Positions 30,022 to 40,749 of a stretch of DNA of 64,000 nucleotides are shown here, piece after piece. Source of the DNA: an uncultured Cytophagales bacterium (GTDB lineage: Bacteria > Bacteroidota > Bacteroidia > Cytophagales > Hymenobacteraceae); assembly GCA_963711295.1 (NCBI GenBank), contig CAVQDF010000006.1, positions 111,464 through 175,463 on the forward strand. The letters are read 5' to 3'. The notes under the pieces are model-generated. The model was not told where the DNA came from. It saw only the letters and a list, made by a program, of their open reading frames with translations, and searched no databases. The first letter of the stretch is position 1. Every line of letters starts with the position of its first letter. The translations under genes were made by a program, and so were the position numbers.

Positions 30022-31569
30022 TTACCGCTTCACGAATACGTAGGGGTCAGCTTCCACGTAGTCGTTCACGCGCAGCTCCAGGTTTTTTACCTGGCCGTTT
30101 TCGATTTCGAACTTGGCGGGCAGCACGCCGAACACCAGGTCGGAGTAAGTGGCGCGGAATTCCTGGCCGTCCATGTAGTCGAGGGTGGCGGTGAGGCCGG
30201 GGTGGTTGGGAATGGCTACGAGCAGTTGCTTGCCTTGCTGGGTAACCTGAATGCGGCCGAACAGCGGGTTCTCGAACTCGCCGACGTAGGCTTTAAGGGG
30301 CAGCGGGGCCTTGCTTTTCTTGGCGACGCGGGCAGCCAGGGCCACGGTAGGGTCGGGGCCGGCGGCCAGCTCCCCGGCGCGGCGGCGGTTCAGGGCCTGG
30401 GCGCTGCGGTCGACGTAGGGCACGCCGAGGTAGCTGTCGAGAATCTGGTAGCGCAAGGCCTCAAAGAAACTCTGGTTGTCGTTGTTGGTGAGCACGGCCA
30501 AGCCCAGGTCGGCTTCGGGCACGAAGCACACATTGCTCACCTGCCCCGAAGCCCCGCCGGTGTGCCAGAAAATCTGGCGGCCGTTGTAGTCGGCCGTTTC
30601 GGTGCCCAGGGCATAGGAAACAAAGTGGGTGGGCAGGATGGCCGATTTGCGGCTGGTGATGATGGTGTTGGCGTCGCGGGTTTTGCGCAGCGCCGCCCAG
30701 GGCAGCACCTGCCGGCCCTCGTAGCGGCCACTATCGAGCTGGAAACGGAGCCAGTGGGCCAGATCCGTGACGTTGGAGGCCATGCTGGCGCAGGGGCCCA
30801 TGTTGTCCCAGTTATCGAACTGCACCTTGGCCAGCGGCCCGAAGGTGTTGGAGTAAGCCGCCGCAATGTTGGGCTGCTTGGCGAACTCCAGCGACGAAAC
30901 GAACGTGCGGCTCATGCCCAGCGGCTGGAGCAGGTTCTGCTGCACGTAGCTTTCCCAGCTGGTGCCCCCGGTAGCGGCCGGAATGATTTCGCCGGCCGTT
31001 ACGAAACCGGCGTTGCAGTAGCCGTAATCCTTGCGGAACTCGCGCGTAGGCTGCATCAGGCGCATGCGGCGCACAATGTCGGTCCGCTCGAGGTTGGATT
31101 TGAAGAAGGTGAAGTCGCCCTGAAACGTTTTAAAGCCCAGGTGGTGGCTCATCAAGTCGCGCACCGTCACGAGGCGGGTGCTGGTGGAATCGTAGAGGCG
31201 GAAATCGGGCAGGTACTTGGTTACCCGGTCGTCGAGGCTGATTTTCTTTTCCCCATCGAGCTTGGCCAGGGCCGTGCCCGTGAACAGCTTGGTGTTGGAG
31301 GCAATCATGAACAGCGTCTGGGCATCGACGGGGGCTGGCTTACCAACCTCGCGTACGCCGTAGCCCTTCTGGGCCACCACCTGCCCGTCTTTCACTACCA
31401 CCACGGCCAGCCCGGGAATATCCCACAGGCGCATGCCGCGCCGCACGTAGCTGTCGAGGCTGTCGGTAATGAAACGGTTGGGGGCCGTGGTCTGGGCCTG
31501 GGTGGCGGTTGTGGCGCCCAGCAGCAGGGCAGCAGCAGTGGTTATTCGGAGGAAAGTAGGGGAGGGCAT
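30022..31569 (-). CDS. Serine hydrolase (beta-lactamase/AmpC-like) with DUF3471-like C-terminus
   Basis: IASNTK (SxxK), YGYCN, HTGG. Confidence 0.88.
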   Translation of the reverse strand: MPSPTFLRITTAAALLLGATTATQAQTTAPNRFITDSLDSYVRRGMRLWDIPGLAVVVVKDGQVVAQKGYGVREVGKPAPVDAQTLFMIASNTKLFTGTALAKLDGEKKISLDDRVTKYLPDFRLYDSTSTRLVTVRDLMSHHLGFKTFQGDFTFFKSNLERTDIVRRMRLMQPTREFRKDYGYCNAGFVTAGEIIPAATGGTSWESYVQQNLLQPLGMSRTFVSSLEFAKQPNIAAAYSNTFGPLAKVQFDNWDNMGPCASMASNVTDLAHWLRFQLDSGRYEGRQVLPWAALRKTRDANTIITSRKSAILPTHFVSYALGTETADYNGRQIFWHTGGASGQVSNVCFVPEADLGLAVLTNNDNQSFFEALRYQILDSYLGVPYVDRSAQALNRRRAGELAAGPDPTVALAARVAKKSKAPLPLKAYVGEFENPLFGRIQVTQQGKQLLVAIPNHPGLTATLDYMDGQEFRATYSDLVFGVLPAKFEIENGQVKNLELRVNDYVEADPYVFVKR

Positions 31570-31608
31570 GGGTGGACCGTCGGATTCTTAATTGAAGTTT
31601 TAGGTATC

Positions 31609-31751
31609 AAAGAACGTCATTCAGAGCATGTGGCGCATCAAGCCAGGGACGAAGAATCTCGCGTGCTGACGTTGACTTTCTACTACAACATCAGCACGCG
31701 AGATTCTTCGTCCCTGGCTTGATGCGCCACATGCTCTGAATGACGTTCTTT
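31609..31751. repeat. CGTC-type REP doublet, long variant
   Basis: AAAGAACGTCATTCAGAGCATGTGGCGCATCAAGCCAGGGACGAAGAATCTCGCGTGCTGA...TCAGCACGCGAGATTCTTCGTCCCTGGCTTGATGCGCCACATGCTCTGAATGACGTTCTTT. Confidence 0.9.
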
Positions 31752-31777
31752 TACCTGAATGGCCCTTAAATTCTCTC

Positions 31778-32272
31778 CTACTCCTTTTCCACCGGGTACT
31801 CAAACTCGCCTTCCAGCGTGAAGCGGCGGGCCCCGCGGCCCACTTCGCACACCTGGCAGCGGTAGGTGCCGCGCAGCCAGTGCTTTTCGGCATTCACGGC
31901 CGTAATGGTTACCACGCCGGGGTTGTCGGAGCAGGATTTGGAGTAGGCCGAAATCTTGCCGTAGCGGTAAGAAGCGTCGCGGTTGCGGCCACTCAGGATC
32001 TCCTGGAACTTGTAGGTGCCGGTTTCAATCGGAAACCGGTCGATGATGATGTTGAGGCCCTGGCCATCGGGGTCGTCGGCGCGCACCACGTTAAGGCGCA
32101 GGGCCCGGTCGTCGCTGAGAAAGAAGCGGGAGCTGATGGTGTCGGTTGGCACGGGTTTGCCGTCGACGCGCAGGGTAAGCTTACGGATGGTTTCGGAGCG
32201 GGCCGGGGCAAACGAGGACTTTGGCCCGGCCCCCAGCAGGGGCAGCAAAAGCAGGGGAAGAAATCGTTTCAT
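31778..32272 (-). CDS. Hypothetical secreted protein
   Basis: Signal peptide MKRFLPLLLLPLLG; G.VTIT...GTY...GEF beta-rich pattern. Confidence 0.7.
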   Translation of the reverse strand: MKRFLPLLLLPLLGAGPKSSFAPARSETIRKLTLRVDGKPVPTDTISSRFFLSDDRALRLNVVRADDPDGQGLNIIIDRFPIETGTYKFQEILSGRNRDASYRYGKISAYSKSCSDNPGVVTITAVNAEKHWLRGTYRCQVCEVGRGARRFTLEGEFEYPVEKE

Positions 32273-32346
32273 GAGCAAAGCAGAACAAGAATCAGCCCAG
32301 AAGCTACGAAAAAAGCGCGAACACGGGGCTGGGCGAGGCTTGCGCC

Positions 32347-33546
32347 TTACGCGTGCTGCCGGCCCGGGTACTGTTGCAGGGCCGCTTCCAAACAGTTCAT
32401 CGACCGCTCAATAACGTCGTGGCTGACCACGTAAGCCAGGCGCATTTGCTGGCGGCCCAGCCCGGGAGTGGCGTAAAAACCGGCCGCCGGCGAAACCATG
32501 ATGGTTTCGCCCTCCAACGCGAAGTCTTCGAGCAGCCACTGGGCAAAGCGGCTGGCATCGTCGACGGGCAGGTGGCAGAGCACATAGAACGCGCCCCGGG
32601 GCTCGGGACACCGCACGCCGGGCATGGCCTGCAGGCGGCGCACCATCAGGTCGCGGCGGGCCTGGTACTCGGCTTTGGTGTGGTCGAAGTAGTCGGCGGG
32701 CAGGTCGGCGGCAGCCTGGGCCAGTAGCTGCCCGAGGCCGGGCGGGCACACCCGCAGCTGGGCCAGCTTGAACACGACGTCGCGCAGGGCCCTGTTTTTC
32801 GTGACCAATGCACCAATGCGGGCCCCGCAGGCGCTGTAGCGCTTGGAAATAGTGTCGAGCAGCACCACGTGCTGCTCCGCGCCGGGCAGCTCCAGGGCGC
32901 TGACGAAGGGGCCATCGTAGCAGAATTCGCGGTAAGCCTCGTCGGCCAGCAGGTACAGGTTGTGGCGCACGCACAGGTCGGCCAGCTGTTCCAGTTCGGC
33001 CCGACCATACACGTAGCCGGTGGGGTTGTTGGGGTTGCAGAGCAGAATAGCCCGGGTGCGGGGCGTAATCAGGGCCTCGAAAGCGGCTACCGGCGGCAGG
33101 GCAAAATCGTTTTCCAGATGCGACGACACGGGCACCAGCCGGGTATCGGTAGCTACCGCAAAGCCTTGGTAGGGCCCGTAGAACGGCTCCGGCACAATAA
33201 ACTCGTCGCCCGGGTTCAGGCAGGCCAGCAACGCAAACGATATAGCCTCGCTGCCCCCCGTCGTCACGATAATGTCGTCGGCCGTTACGGGCAGGCGCTG
33301 GCGCTGGTAGTAATCGGCCAGGGTCTGGCGGTAAGAGTCGAAGCCGGCCGAGGGGCCGTATTCGAGGACCCGGATGTCGGCCTGCTGCACGGCAGCCCGC
33401 ATAAGGGGCGGGGTTTCGATGTCGGGCTGGCCGATGTTGAGCGGGTGCACCGTCAGGCCGCGTTGGCGGGCGGCTTCGGCGTAGGGCGTAAGGTGGCGGT
33501 AAGGCGAAGGCGGGAGCAGCTGACCCCGCTGCGACACTGAAAGCAT
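32347..33546 (-). CDS. PLP-dependent aminotransferase, class I/II
   Basis: LNIGQPD, TTGGSEA, CNPNNPTG, ADEAYREF, SKRYSACGARIG. Confidence 0.92.
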   Translation of the reverse strand: MLSVSQRGQLLPPSPYRHLTPYAEAARQRGLTVHPLNIGQPDIETPPLMRAAVQQADIRVLEYGPSAGFDSYRQTLADYYQRQRLPVTADDIIVTTGGSEAISFALLACLNPGDEFIVPEPFYGPYQGFAVATDTRLVPVSSHLENDFALPPVAAFEALITPRTRAILLCNPNNPTGYVYGRAELEQLADLCVRHNLYLLADEAYREFCYDGPFVSALELPGAEQHVVLLDTISKRYSACGARIGALVTKNRALRDVVFKLAQLRVCPPGLGQLLAQAAADLPADYFDHTKAEYQARRDLMVRRLQAMPGVRCPEPRGAFYVLCHLPVDDASRFAQWLLEDFALEGETIMVSPAAGFYATPGLGRQQMRLAYVVSHDVIERSMNCLEAALQQYPGRQHA

Positions 33547-33741
33547 GAGGAAATACGCGTTGAGGTGGGCGCTTGCAGCCAAGCGTAGCGCAAGGTAGCA
33601 GCCCGCCGCCGGTTGGCCACCGGCTGGCAAGCCAAGTGAAACACAAAGGGAGGCGATGAGGCGCGTCAGGAAACATCGGCGGGCCCGTTGGCGTTTACTC
33701 CGGTCACTTCTACCGGCTATTTCACCGCTGTTACCGCCTAT

Positions 33742-34266
33742 ATGCCTACCCAACCCGAAGTCTGGCTCCGGGGCCCCCTGCCTGGTATTTCGCCCCTGCT
33801 CCAGCCCGTGGCCCATGCCCTGCTCCAGGCCCGCGAGGAATTGCAAACCGCGCTGGCCGATTTTCCGGCCGAGCTGCTAACGGTCCGGCCCGCCGGGGTA
33901 GCCTCGGTGGGCTTTCACCTCCGCCATCTGGCCGGCGTCCTCGACCGGATGCACACCTACGCCCGGGCCCGGCCGCTGTCCGAAGCCCAGCTGGCTTATT
34001 TGGCCGCCGAAGAAGCCGGCCCGCCCGTGCCCCAGGCCCCGGCTGAGCTGCTGGAGTGTTTCGGTCAGCGCGTTGAGGAACTGCTGGAACTGCTTCGTGT
34101 TACGCCCGAGGCGGCGCTGCCCGAGTTTCGGGCGGTGGGCCGGGCGGGGCTGCCGAGTACCGTAGTGGGTTTGCTCGTGCATGCTGCTGAGCACACCACC
34201 CGCCATTTAGGGCAGGTGCTGGTTACGGCCCGGGTAGTGCAGGCGGCCGCCAGCCAGGCCCGCTAA
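33742..34266 (+). CDS. DinB family protein
   Basis: EVWLRGP, SVGFHLRHLAGVLDR, HAAEHTTRH. Confidence 0.87.
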   Translation: MPTQPEVWLRGPLPGISPLLQPVAHALLQAREELQTALADFPAELLTVRPAGVASVGFHLRHLAGVLDRMHTYARARPLSEAQLAYLAAEEAGPPVPQAPAELLECFGQRVEELLELLRVTPEAALPEFRAVGRAGLPSTVVGLLVHAAEHTTRHLGQVLVTARVVQAAASQAR

Positions 34267-34270
34267 GGAG

Positions 34271-35164
34271 CTACCGGCCGGGCCGGAAATTGCACACCTT
34301 GATGTAGTCGATGATCAGGCTGCTGTACCGGTTGCCTGCGGCGTCGAGGGGCCAGTTGGCGAGGTTGGCGTAGGATACCACAGCCTGGTTGGCAATGATG
34401 GTGGCGCGGGGTGGGTAGGAATGCGGCTGGTCGCAACGGTGCGCAGCCGCTTGCGGTCGAGGTAGTAGGTAACCTCCTGAGCCGACCAGACCACCGAAAA
34501 AACGTGGAAGTCGGCCGCCAGATCCTGGTTGGGCGGCATTTCGTATTGGGCCTGCTAGTGGCGGAAAGGCCCCCTGGAAGGGTAGTGCAGGTTGTTGGAG
34601 AACTTGCGGCTGTCGTCGCCCTCGAACACGTCGATTTCCGAGGGGCCACTGGTGAGCCAGAAGGCCGGCCACGTGCCCGCGCCGCCCCCAAACCGGCACC
34701 GGATTTCAAATAGCCCGTACTGAAACCCCCGATTGCCCTCCCAGCGGGACGTGTCGCCCAGCGCCGGGCTGGTCGGAAAGTCGCGCCTGAGCGTAATCCA
34801 GGCCGACTCGTAGTGCAGCAGCTTGGTGGTGTCGCGGCCATCGAGCGTAAAGGTATAAGCGAGCGGCTCGGCCAGGGGGCGGGCCGTGAGGTAGAGGTTG
34901 CCGTCGCGGAGCGTGTGCGTGGCGCTGGTCGTAATACTGGTCTTCGAACTGGTTGCCTACCAGCGTGCGGTAATTGTCGGGCGTAAACTGCCAAGGCGAG
35001 CGGGCCGCCATGTCGGCCACGTCGCGGTAGGTATCGAAATCGTCCTGAAAAACCAGCTGCCAGTCGCGGTAACGTAGGCGGAGTTGGGCCGCGGCCGGCA
35101 GCGTCGGCAGCAGCACTAAATATAGGAAGGCGCAGCAGGCAGCCGGTAGCTTATGCTTGAGCAT
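34271..35164 (-). CDS. Glycoside hydrolase family 16 protein (multiple frameshifts)
   Basis: Signal peptide; WQLVFQDDFD, F.YGLFEIR, WPAFWL, EIDVFE catalytic motif, FHVFSVVW, IDYIKV across several frames. Confidence 0.72.
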
Positions 35165-35329
35165 AAAAAAGCGTTGAGTAGCCATTGGGCTAAACGAAGG
35201 AAAGCCGCTCCCCGCTACCTGTTGGGGCCCAAAAAGAGCGGGCGGCCTTCCCCGAAGGAAAGCCGCCCGCTCTGAAAAATACGCCAATTAAACGCAGGGA
35301 GAACTTATGAGGCTACCCCCGGCCGCTGG

Positions 35330-36181
35330 TTAGTACATGGCGTCGATACCGCTCTTGTCGCCGGCCGAGAGGCCAGTGCGCTGAATCTCGAATGTCGAGC
35401 CATCCTTTTTGGTGATGGTCGGCTGGCCGTTCGAGGAGAAGGAGAACGAGCCGTACATCATAATGGAGCCAAAATCGAGGTTCCCGTAATCGGTGCCGCC
35501 GTAGCCCAGGTCGGTGTACTTCGTGAAGTTACCCTCGTAACCCGACTGAATGTTCTGGGTCAGGATGTTGACGAAGGCGTCGCGGTCGGCGCGGGTCTGC
35601 TCATGGAACAGGCCCAGGGCGTGGCCGATTTCGTGAATCGTGTTACCCGTGCTGCAGCCCGATGCCAGATTGATGTACTGCCGGCTGCCAGTGCGCCCGA
35701 TGTTGGAGGAACAGCCCGAACCTACCCGGAACGTTACGTAGGCCGTCTGGGTGGTGCGCGCAACGAAGCGCACGGGCGAGTTGGCCTGCCAGTGGGCAAT
35801 GGCGTCGGTTACGCGGGCCTGGTTGGGCAGAGCTCCGTCAATAGTGTAGTAGACCACGCCCGACGGCCAGCGGCCGGTGGTGCGGCCGGCGCTGCCGGGG
35901 CGCTGCTGGTCGCCGGTGTTGGTGGCCAGCTGCTCACTGGTGAGCAGAATATCGCCCTCGTATACTTTGTCGCCGTTGATTTCCTGGTAGCTGATGGGCT
36001 GCCCGCCCCACTCGCCTGCCTTCATTTGTCCGGTCTGACCGGGATAAGCCAGCTCGGCCTGAGCCTGGACGACCTGTGCCGACGGGCCGGGTTGGGCCTG
36101 CTGGTCTTTGCTGCAACTTGCTAATGAAATAGTACCAAATAAGGCCAAGTAGGCCAGCGCGGAAAATGATGGTTTGAACAT
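35330..36181 (-). CDS. M12A (astacin/flavastacin-like) metallopeptidase lipoprotein
   Basis: Lipobox LASC; HEIGHALGLFHEQTRADRD; SIMMY Met-turn. Confidence 0.92.
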   Translation of the reverse strand: MFKPSFSALAYLALFGTISLASCSKDQQAQPGPSAQVVQAQAELAYPGQTGQMKAGEWGGQPISYQEINGDKVYEGDILLTSEQLATNTGDQQRPGSAGRTTGRWPSGVVYYTIDGALPNQARVTDAIAHWQANSPVRFVARTTQTAYVTFRVGSGCSSNIGRTGSRQYINLASGCSTGNTIHEIGHALGLFHEQTRADRDAFVNILTQNIQSGYEGNFTKYTDLGYGGTDYGNLDFGSIMMYGSFSFSSNGQPTITKKDGSTFEIQRTGLSAGDKSGIDAMY

Positions 36182-36478
36182 GGTGTAGAAGGGTTTGGTG
36201 GTGGAATGCGGAGTAAACGCCAAGGATAAAACAATATTTTCTCACACTCGAAAAGATATTGCCAGCTCACCGTCTGCTGGTTCACTTCCCGACCCGCCGT
36301 TTATGTCCCAGGCAGGCCGGTTATGCAGCCGGTAACACTCCTGAATACGCCCATAGCCGCTACGAGCCTTTCCCAATGGTTTGACCTGCGCTCTGGCCGC
36401 GCTTTGGTGTGGGGACGAACAGCCATCAGGAATGACAAAATCATATACCAGCGCGTGCTTACGATAAGCCCCAATTGC

Positions 36479-36775
36479 TTAGGTCATTGCGTCGGCAGCG
36501 GCTACGTACTGCTCGATATGGCGCGCCCGCACCCGGTAGCGCAACCAGCCAATCACGACAATAACCAGCCCCACGGGCACGAACAGGACCCCGGCCCACA
36601 CGTAGATGTTGTCGCGAAAGAAGTTGATGAGCGAGAAGCCGGCAATAACCAGCGTCATGCCGGTGCGCAGGTAGGCCAGCAGCGTCCGTTCGTTGGCCAG
36701 GCGGGTGCGCTCCATGGCCAGCCGGTCGCGCAGTTCGAGGGGGGAGTCGGGGGTGAGCGTGTGCAGCTTTGTCAT
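36479..36775 (-). CDS. DUF202 (YidH-like) membrane protein
   Basis: LAMERTRLANERTLLAYLRT. Confidence 0.88.
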   Translation of the reverse strand: MTKLHTLTPDSPLELRDRLAMERTRLANERTLLAYLRTGMTLVIAGFSLINFFRDNIYVWAGVLFVPVGLVIVVIGWLRYRVRARHIEQYVAAADAMT

Positions 36776-36918
36776 GAGAAGGCCTACGCAGAACGGGGCC
36801 GAAACGCTGCCTGAACCAGCCCCCGCCGGCCTACAACCATTTCGCGGGCAATTACGTGTCTATACCTCCAACCGGCTGCTTTATTACGGCCTTGCCTTAG
36901 TCCTTCTTTCCCCAACGT

Positions 36919-37977
36919 ATGGATTTTTCTATTGCTCTGCAGAAGCTCGACAGTATGGGCCGCAGCCTCATGGCCATATTGCCCAATTTGCTTATTGGGC
37001 TGGTGGTGCTCGTTGTTTTCGTGTTCATCGCCGGCGGGGTGCGCTCCCTGGTCAAGCGCCTTGCCGGGGGGCGCAGCCAGAGCCTGACGCTGCTGCTGAG
37101 CCGGCTGGCTTACGTGTTTGTGCTCATTCTGGGCGTGCTGATCATGTTCACCATCATGATTCCCAGCTTTACGCCCACCACTTTGCTGAGTGCCCTGGGG
37201 GTGGGTGGCGTGGCCATTGGCTTTGCCTTCAAAGACATCTTCCAGAACTTCCTGGCCGGGGTGCTGCTGCTGCTCACCGAACCCTTCCGCATCAACGACC
37301 AGATCAAGTACAAGGACTTTGAGGGTACGGTCGAGAACATCCAGACCCGGGCCACGACCATCAAAACCTACGACGGCCGCCGGGTGGTTATTCCGAATGC
37401 CGAACTATTCATCAACGCCGTAACCGTGAACACGGCCTACGACCAGCGCCGCCTGCAGTACGACATCGGCATCGGCTACGGCGACGATATTGCCCAGGCC
37501 CGCCAGCTGATTCTCGAAGCTATGCAGGAAGCTCCCGGCATGCTCACCGACCCGGCCCCCGAGGCCCTGGTCGTGGATCTGGCCGACAGCACCGTCAATA
37601 TCCGGGCCCGCTGGTGGATCAGCCCCCCGCGCCGCGCCGACTTCATGGACTCGCAGGACGCGGTGCTCACGGCCATCAAAAACAAGCTCTCCGCCGCCGG
37701 TATCGATTTGCCTTTCCCCACCCAGCAGATTCTCTTCCACGACCAGACCGAGGAAACCGACGGCAACCGCCAGCAGCAGCGCGAAGGCTGGCCCGCCGGT
37801 TCCGGCAACGTGCCCAAGTCCCGCGCCCAGGTGCAGCAGGAGCAGCGCGAGAAACAAGCGGATCAGCAGCGCCAACTAGCCGACAACAAGGCCGAGCCGT
37901 TGCAGCTGCCTGAATCAACCGAGAAGCCGCAGCCCGAGCCGCGGCAGCCGCAGCCGCAGACTGATTCGGCTGGCTAG
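36919..37977 (+). CDS. Small-conductance mechanosensitive channel (MscS family)
   Basis: GVAIGFAFKDIFQNFLAG, GTVENIQTRAT, IPNA, GIDLPFP. Confidence 0.92.
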   Translation: MDFSIALQKLDSMGRSLMAILPNLLIGLVVLVVFVFIAGGVRSLVKRLAGGRSQSLTLLLSRLAYVFVLILGVLIMFTIMIPSFTPTTLLSALGVGGVAIGFAFKDIFQNFLAGVLLLLTEPFRINDQIKYKDFEGTVENIQTRATTIKTYDGRRVVIPNAELFINAVTVNTAYDQRRLQYDIGIGYGDDIAQARQLILEAMQEAPGMLTDPAPEALVVDLADSTVNIRARWWISPPRRADFMDSQDAVLTAIKNKLSAAGIDLPFPTQQILFHDQTEETDGNRQQQREGWPAGSGNVPKSRAQVQQEQREKQADQQRQLADNKAEPLQLPESTEKPQPEPRQPQPQTDSAG

Positions 37978-37994
37978 GTTGGTCGCTCGAAATC

Positions 37995-38038
37995 AAAAAA
38001 GGCCGGACCTTCCCGTGTGGGAGGGGCTGGCCTTTTTT
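37995..38038. terminator. Bidirectional terminator
   Basis: AAAAAAGGCCGG...CTGGCCTTTTTT between mscS and the HEPN gene. Confidence 0.65.
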
Positions 38039-38402
38039 ATTCTGATATGCCCTTCTGCCTCTCAGCTATAATAATCGCCAACAAGTCGGTGTAATTAGGA
38101 GGCAAGTGCTGAGTAGCTACCCGCCAAATAATAGAATGGTCTAATCCAAAATATTCGTGCGAAATGCGGTTGCGCATCCTGTACATCTGTGACCAGGGCA
38201 ACTGTGGATATAATTGCTGAACGGGCAGAGGCACCTTCTTCGCAGCCTCACCAAGAACCTCGATATTGCGCACTACTGCATCCACAACTAACTCGTTATT
38301 CCGGAATTGCTCGAAATCCAATCCAGCGCAGTACCGGGCTATCTTTTCCATAGATTCCTGCATATCTTCTAAATACAGCAAGTAGGAGCGAGGTGTGGCC
38401 AT
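38037..38402 (-). CDS. HEPN (DUF86/HepT-like) RNase toxin
   Basis: DAVVRNIEVLGEA, PWSQM..MRNRISHEYFG (RX4H motif). Confidence 0.9.
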   Translation of the reverse strand: MATPRSYLLYLEDMQESMEKIARYCAGLDFEQFRNNELVVDAVVRNIEVLGEAAKKVPLPVQQLYPQLPWSQMYRMRNRISHEYFGLDHSIIWRVATQHLPPNYTDLLAIIIAERQKGISE

Positions 38403-38692
38403 TAGATGTAGCGGACTTGAGCCAAGATACCTTTACGTAGCTGTTGTTTCAAAGCGGCTGGTGTCACCAAATCTACCTTACGATCTAACGCCTGCTCCAG
38501 CAGTTCCTCTAATTCGAAGAAATCCCAACCCAACGGCTCGCTGAATTCGGCCAGAATATCCACGTCGCTATCCGGGCCCGCTTGGCCGGTAGCAAAGGAG
38601 CCAAAATACCCTAGTCGCTGCACATGAAACCGCGCTGCGAGAAGCGGCATCAAGTCGCGGAGAGTAGCTTCAAGTTGCTGGCGGGTTTGCAT
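38402..38692 (-). CDS. Minimal nucleotidyltransferase (MNT) antitoxin
   Basis: FGSFATG...SDVDIL, RKVDLVT. Confidence 0.9.
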   Translation of the reverse strand: MQTRQQLEATLRDLMPLLAARFHVQRLGYFGSFATGQAGPDSDVDILAEFSEPLGWDFFELEELLEQALDRKVDLVTPAALKQQLRKGILAQVRYI

Positions 38693-38701
38693 GGGAGTGA
38701 G

Positions 38702-39188
38702 TTAACCTAGTGTGTTCATGAATGTGTTAAACTCATCTTTATTAACAAATATGGACCTTAGTATTTCTTTGGCTCCAATACGAGTATTCTTATGGCCCAT
38801 GTCTTTTCTTATTAACACTATCATATCCATGTATACTAGTATATGATTTAAATCTTCTGGACCTTTCTCTACGTATTGTTGCCATTCATTAAATTTCCTA
38901 ATGATATTATCGGGTGCGTATATATAAAAATCTTTTCTGATATCTATTAATACTTACTAAATCATTTTCATTAGATTCTTTTATTCCCTTTGAGGTTTTG
39001 ATTATATCAAATATGATAGTAATTGCCTCATGGTATACGTGATACTTCTTGTCAGATAATTGATTTTCAATATTTGCTATCCTGTCTTTCTGCTGTCTGA
39101 ATAAGTATCCAAGAACTGCAATTACAGCTGATAATATTGGAACTAGAATCTCTGATAACGAAAACTGAATTTCTTTGATCATGATCAT
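38702..39188 (-). CDS. AT-rich hypothetical protein with N-terminal TM helix (frameshift near 38950)
   Basis: MIMIKEIQ...ILVPILSAVIAVLGYLF... then, in another frame, YIYAPDNIIRKFNEW...LIRKDMGH...TLG* ending at 38702. Confidence 0.65.
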
Positions 39189-39265
39189 AGAATATACAAA
39201 CCCCCGCGCCGGCCTTACAGCCAACGCGGGGGTTCGGGTTGAGGTAGTTGGCTTGCACCAAGCTA

Positions 39266-40528
39266 CTACATATCCTGGATAATTTCGTCGCCGAACTCGC
39301 TGCATTTGAGCAGGGTAGCGCCGTCCATCTGGCGTTCGAAGTCGTAGGTGACGCGCTTGGCGGCGATGGCGGCTTCGAGGCCCTTGTAGATGAGGTCGGC
39401 GGCTTCGTGCCAGCCCAGGTGCTCGAGCATCAGGGCACCGGAGAGGATAACCGAGCCGGGGTTCACCTTGTCGAGGCCGGCGTACTTGGGGGCCGTGCCG
39501 TGGGTAGCCTCAAAAATGGCGTGGCCGGTGAGGTAGTTGATGTTGGCACCCGGCGCGATGCCGATACCGCCCACAATGGCGGCCAGCGCGTCGGAGATGT
39601 AGTCGCCGTTCAGGTTGAGGGTAGCTACCACCGAGTAGTCGGCGGGGCGGAGCAGGATCTGCTGCAGGAAGGCATCGGCGATGCTGTCCTTGATGAGGAT
39701 TTTGCCGCTGTCGAGGGCCAGCTTCTGCTGGGCGTCGGCCATTTCCTGGCCCTGCTTGGCCAGCACCTTGTCGTACTGAGCCCAGGTGTACACCTTGTCG
39801 CCAAACTCGCGCTCGGCCATCTCGTAGCCCCAGGTCTTGAACGCGCCCTCGGTGAACTTCATGATGTTGCCCTTGTGCACGAGCGTCACCGATGGCTTCT
39901 TGTGCTCGATGGCGTACTCGATGGCCGCGCGCACGAGGCGCTCGGTGCCTTCCTTGCTCACGGGCTTGATGCCGAACGAAGACGTTTCGGGGAAGCGGAT
40001 CTTCTTCACGCCCATCTCATCCTGGAGGAATTCCAGCATTTTCTGGGCCTGAGGCGTACCGTTCATGTACTCGATGCCGGCGTAGATGTCCTCGGTGTTC
40101 TCGCGGAAGATGACCATGTCGGTCAGCTCGGGGTGCTTTACGGGCGAGGGCACGCCCTCGAACCAGCGCACGGGGCGCACGCAGGCGTACAGGTCGAGCT
40201 CCTGGCGCAGGGCCACGTTCAGCGAACGGATGCCTCCGCCCACGGGCGTGGTCAGGGGGCCTTTGATGCCCACCAGGTATTCGCGGAAAGCGTCGAGGGT
40301 TTCGTTAGGCAGCCAGTTATTTACCTGCTTGAAGGCCTTTTCGCCGGCCAGTACTTCTTTCCACTGCAGCTTGCGCTTGCCATCATATGCTTTCTCGACG
40401 GCGGCATCAAACACGCGGACGGAAGCCGCCCAAATGTCCGGTCCCGTACCGTCGCCCTCAATGAACGGTATGATAGGTTGATCCGGCACGTTGAGCTTGC
40501 CGTTCTTGATGGTGATTTTCTCTGCCAT
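39266..40528 (-). CDS. icd: NADP-dependent isocitrate dehydrogenase
   Basis: [59 protein letters not shown]. Confidence 0.97.
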   Translation of the reverse strand: MAEKITIKNGKLNVPDQPIIPFIEGDGTGPDIWAASVRVFDAAVEKAYDGKRKLQWKEVLAGEKAFKQVNNWLPNETLDAFREYLVGIKGPLTTPVGGGIRSLNVALRQELDLYACVRPVRWFEGVPSPVKHPELTDMVIFRENTEDIYAGIEYMNGTPQAQKMLEFLQDEMGVKKIRFPETSSFGIKPVSKEGTERLVRAAIEYAIEHKKPSVTLVHKGNIMKFTEGAFKTWGYEMAEREFGDKVYTWAQYDKVLAKQGQEMADAQQKLALDSGKILIKDSIADAFLQQILLRPADYSVVATLNLNGDYISDALAAIVGGIGIAPGANINYLTGHAIFEATHGTAPKYAGLDKVNPGSVILSGALMLEHLGWHEAADLIYKGLEAAIAAKRVTYDFERQMDGATLLKCSEFGDEIIQDM

Positions 40529-40611
40529 TGTTGAAGAAAAGATGTCAGGTGTTACGTGACAGGTATTTGAGGTTAGTGCTTGGTAAGTAGGCGGGGCGGC
40601 GGTGTTGGAAC

Positions 40612-40736
40612 GAAACAGAACGTCATGCAGAGCGCAGCGAAGCATCTCGCATGCAATGGTAATCTTAACGTTGGGTTTGCTTTGGCAACGTCAGCATGCG
40701 AGATGCTTCGCTGCGCTCTGCATGACGTTCTGTTTC
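40612..40736. repeat. CGTC-type REP doublet
   Basis: GAAACAGAACGTCATGCAGAGCGCAGCGAAGCATCTCGCATGC...GCATGCGAGATGCTTCGCTGCGCTCTGCATGACGTTCTGTTTC. Confidence 0.9.
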
Positions 40737-40749
40737 ATTCAAACCATCC

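Noticed and set aside
33547-33741. Riboswitch upstream of the aminotransferase
   Set aside because: Only a short hairpin after a -7-like box; no SAM, TPP or cobalamin consensus recognised.
39190-39300. Prophage or island attachment site at the icd 3' end
   Set aside because: No duplicated icd 3' segment or integrase on the far side of the AT-rich islet.
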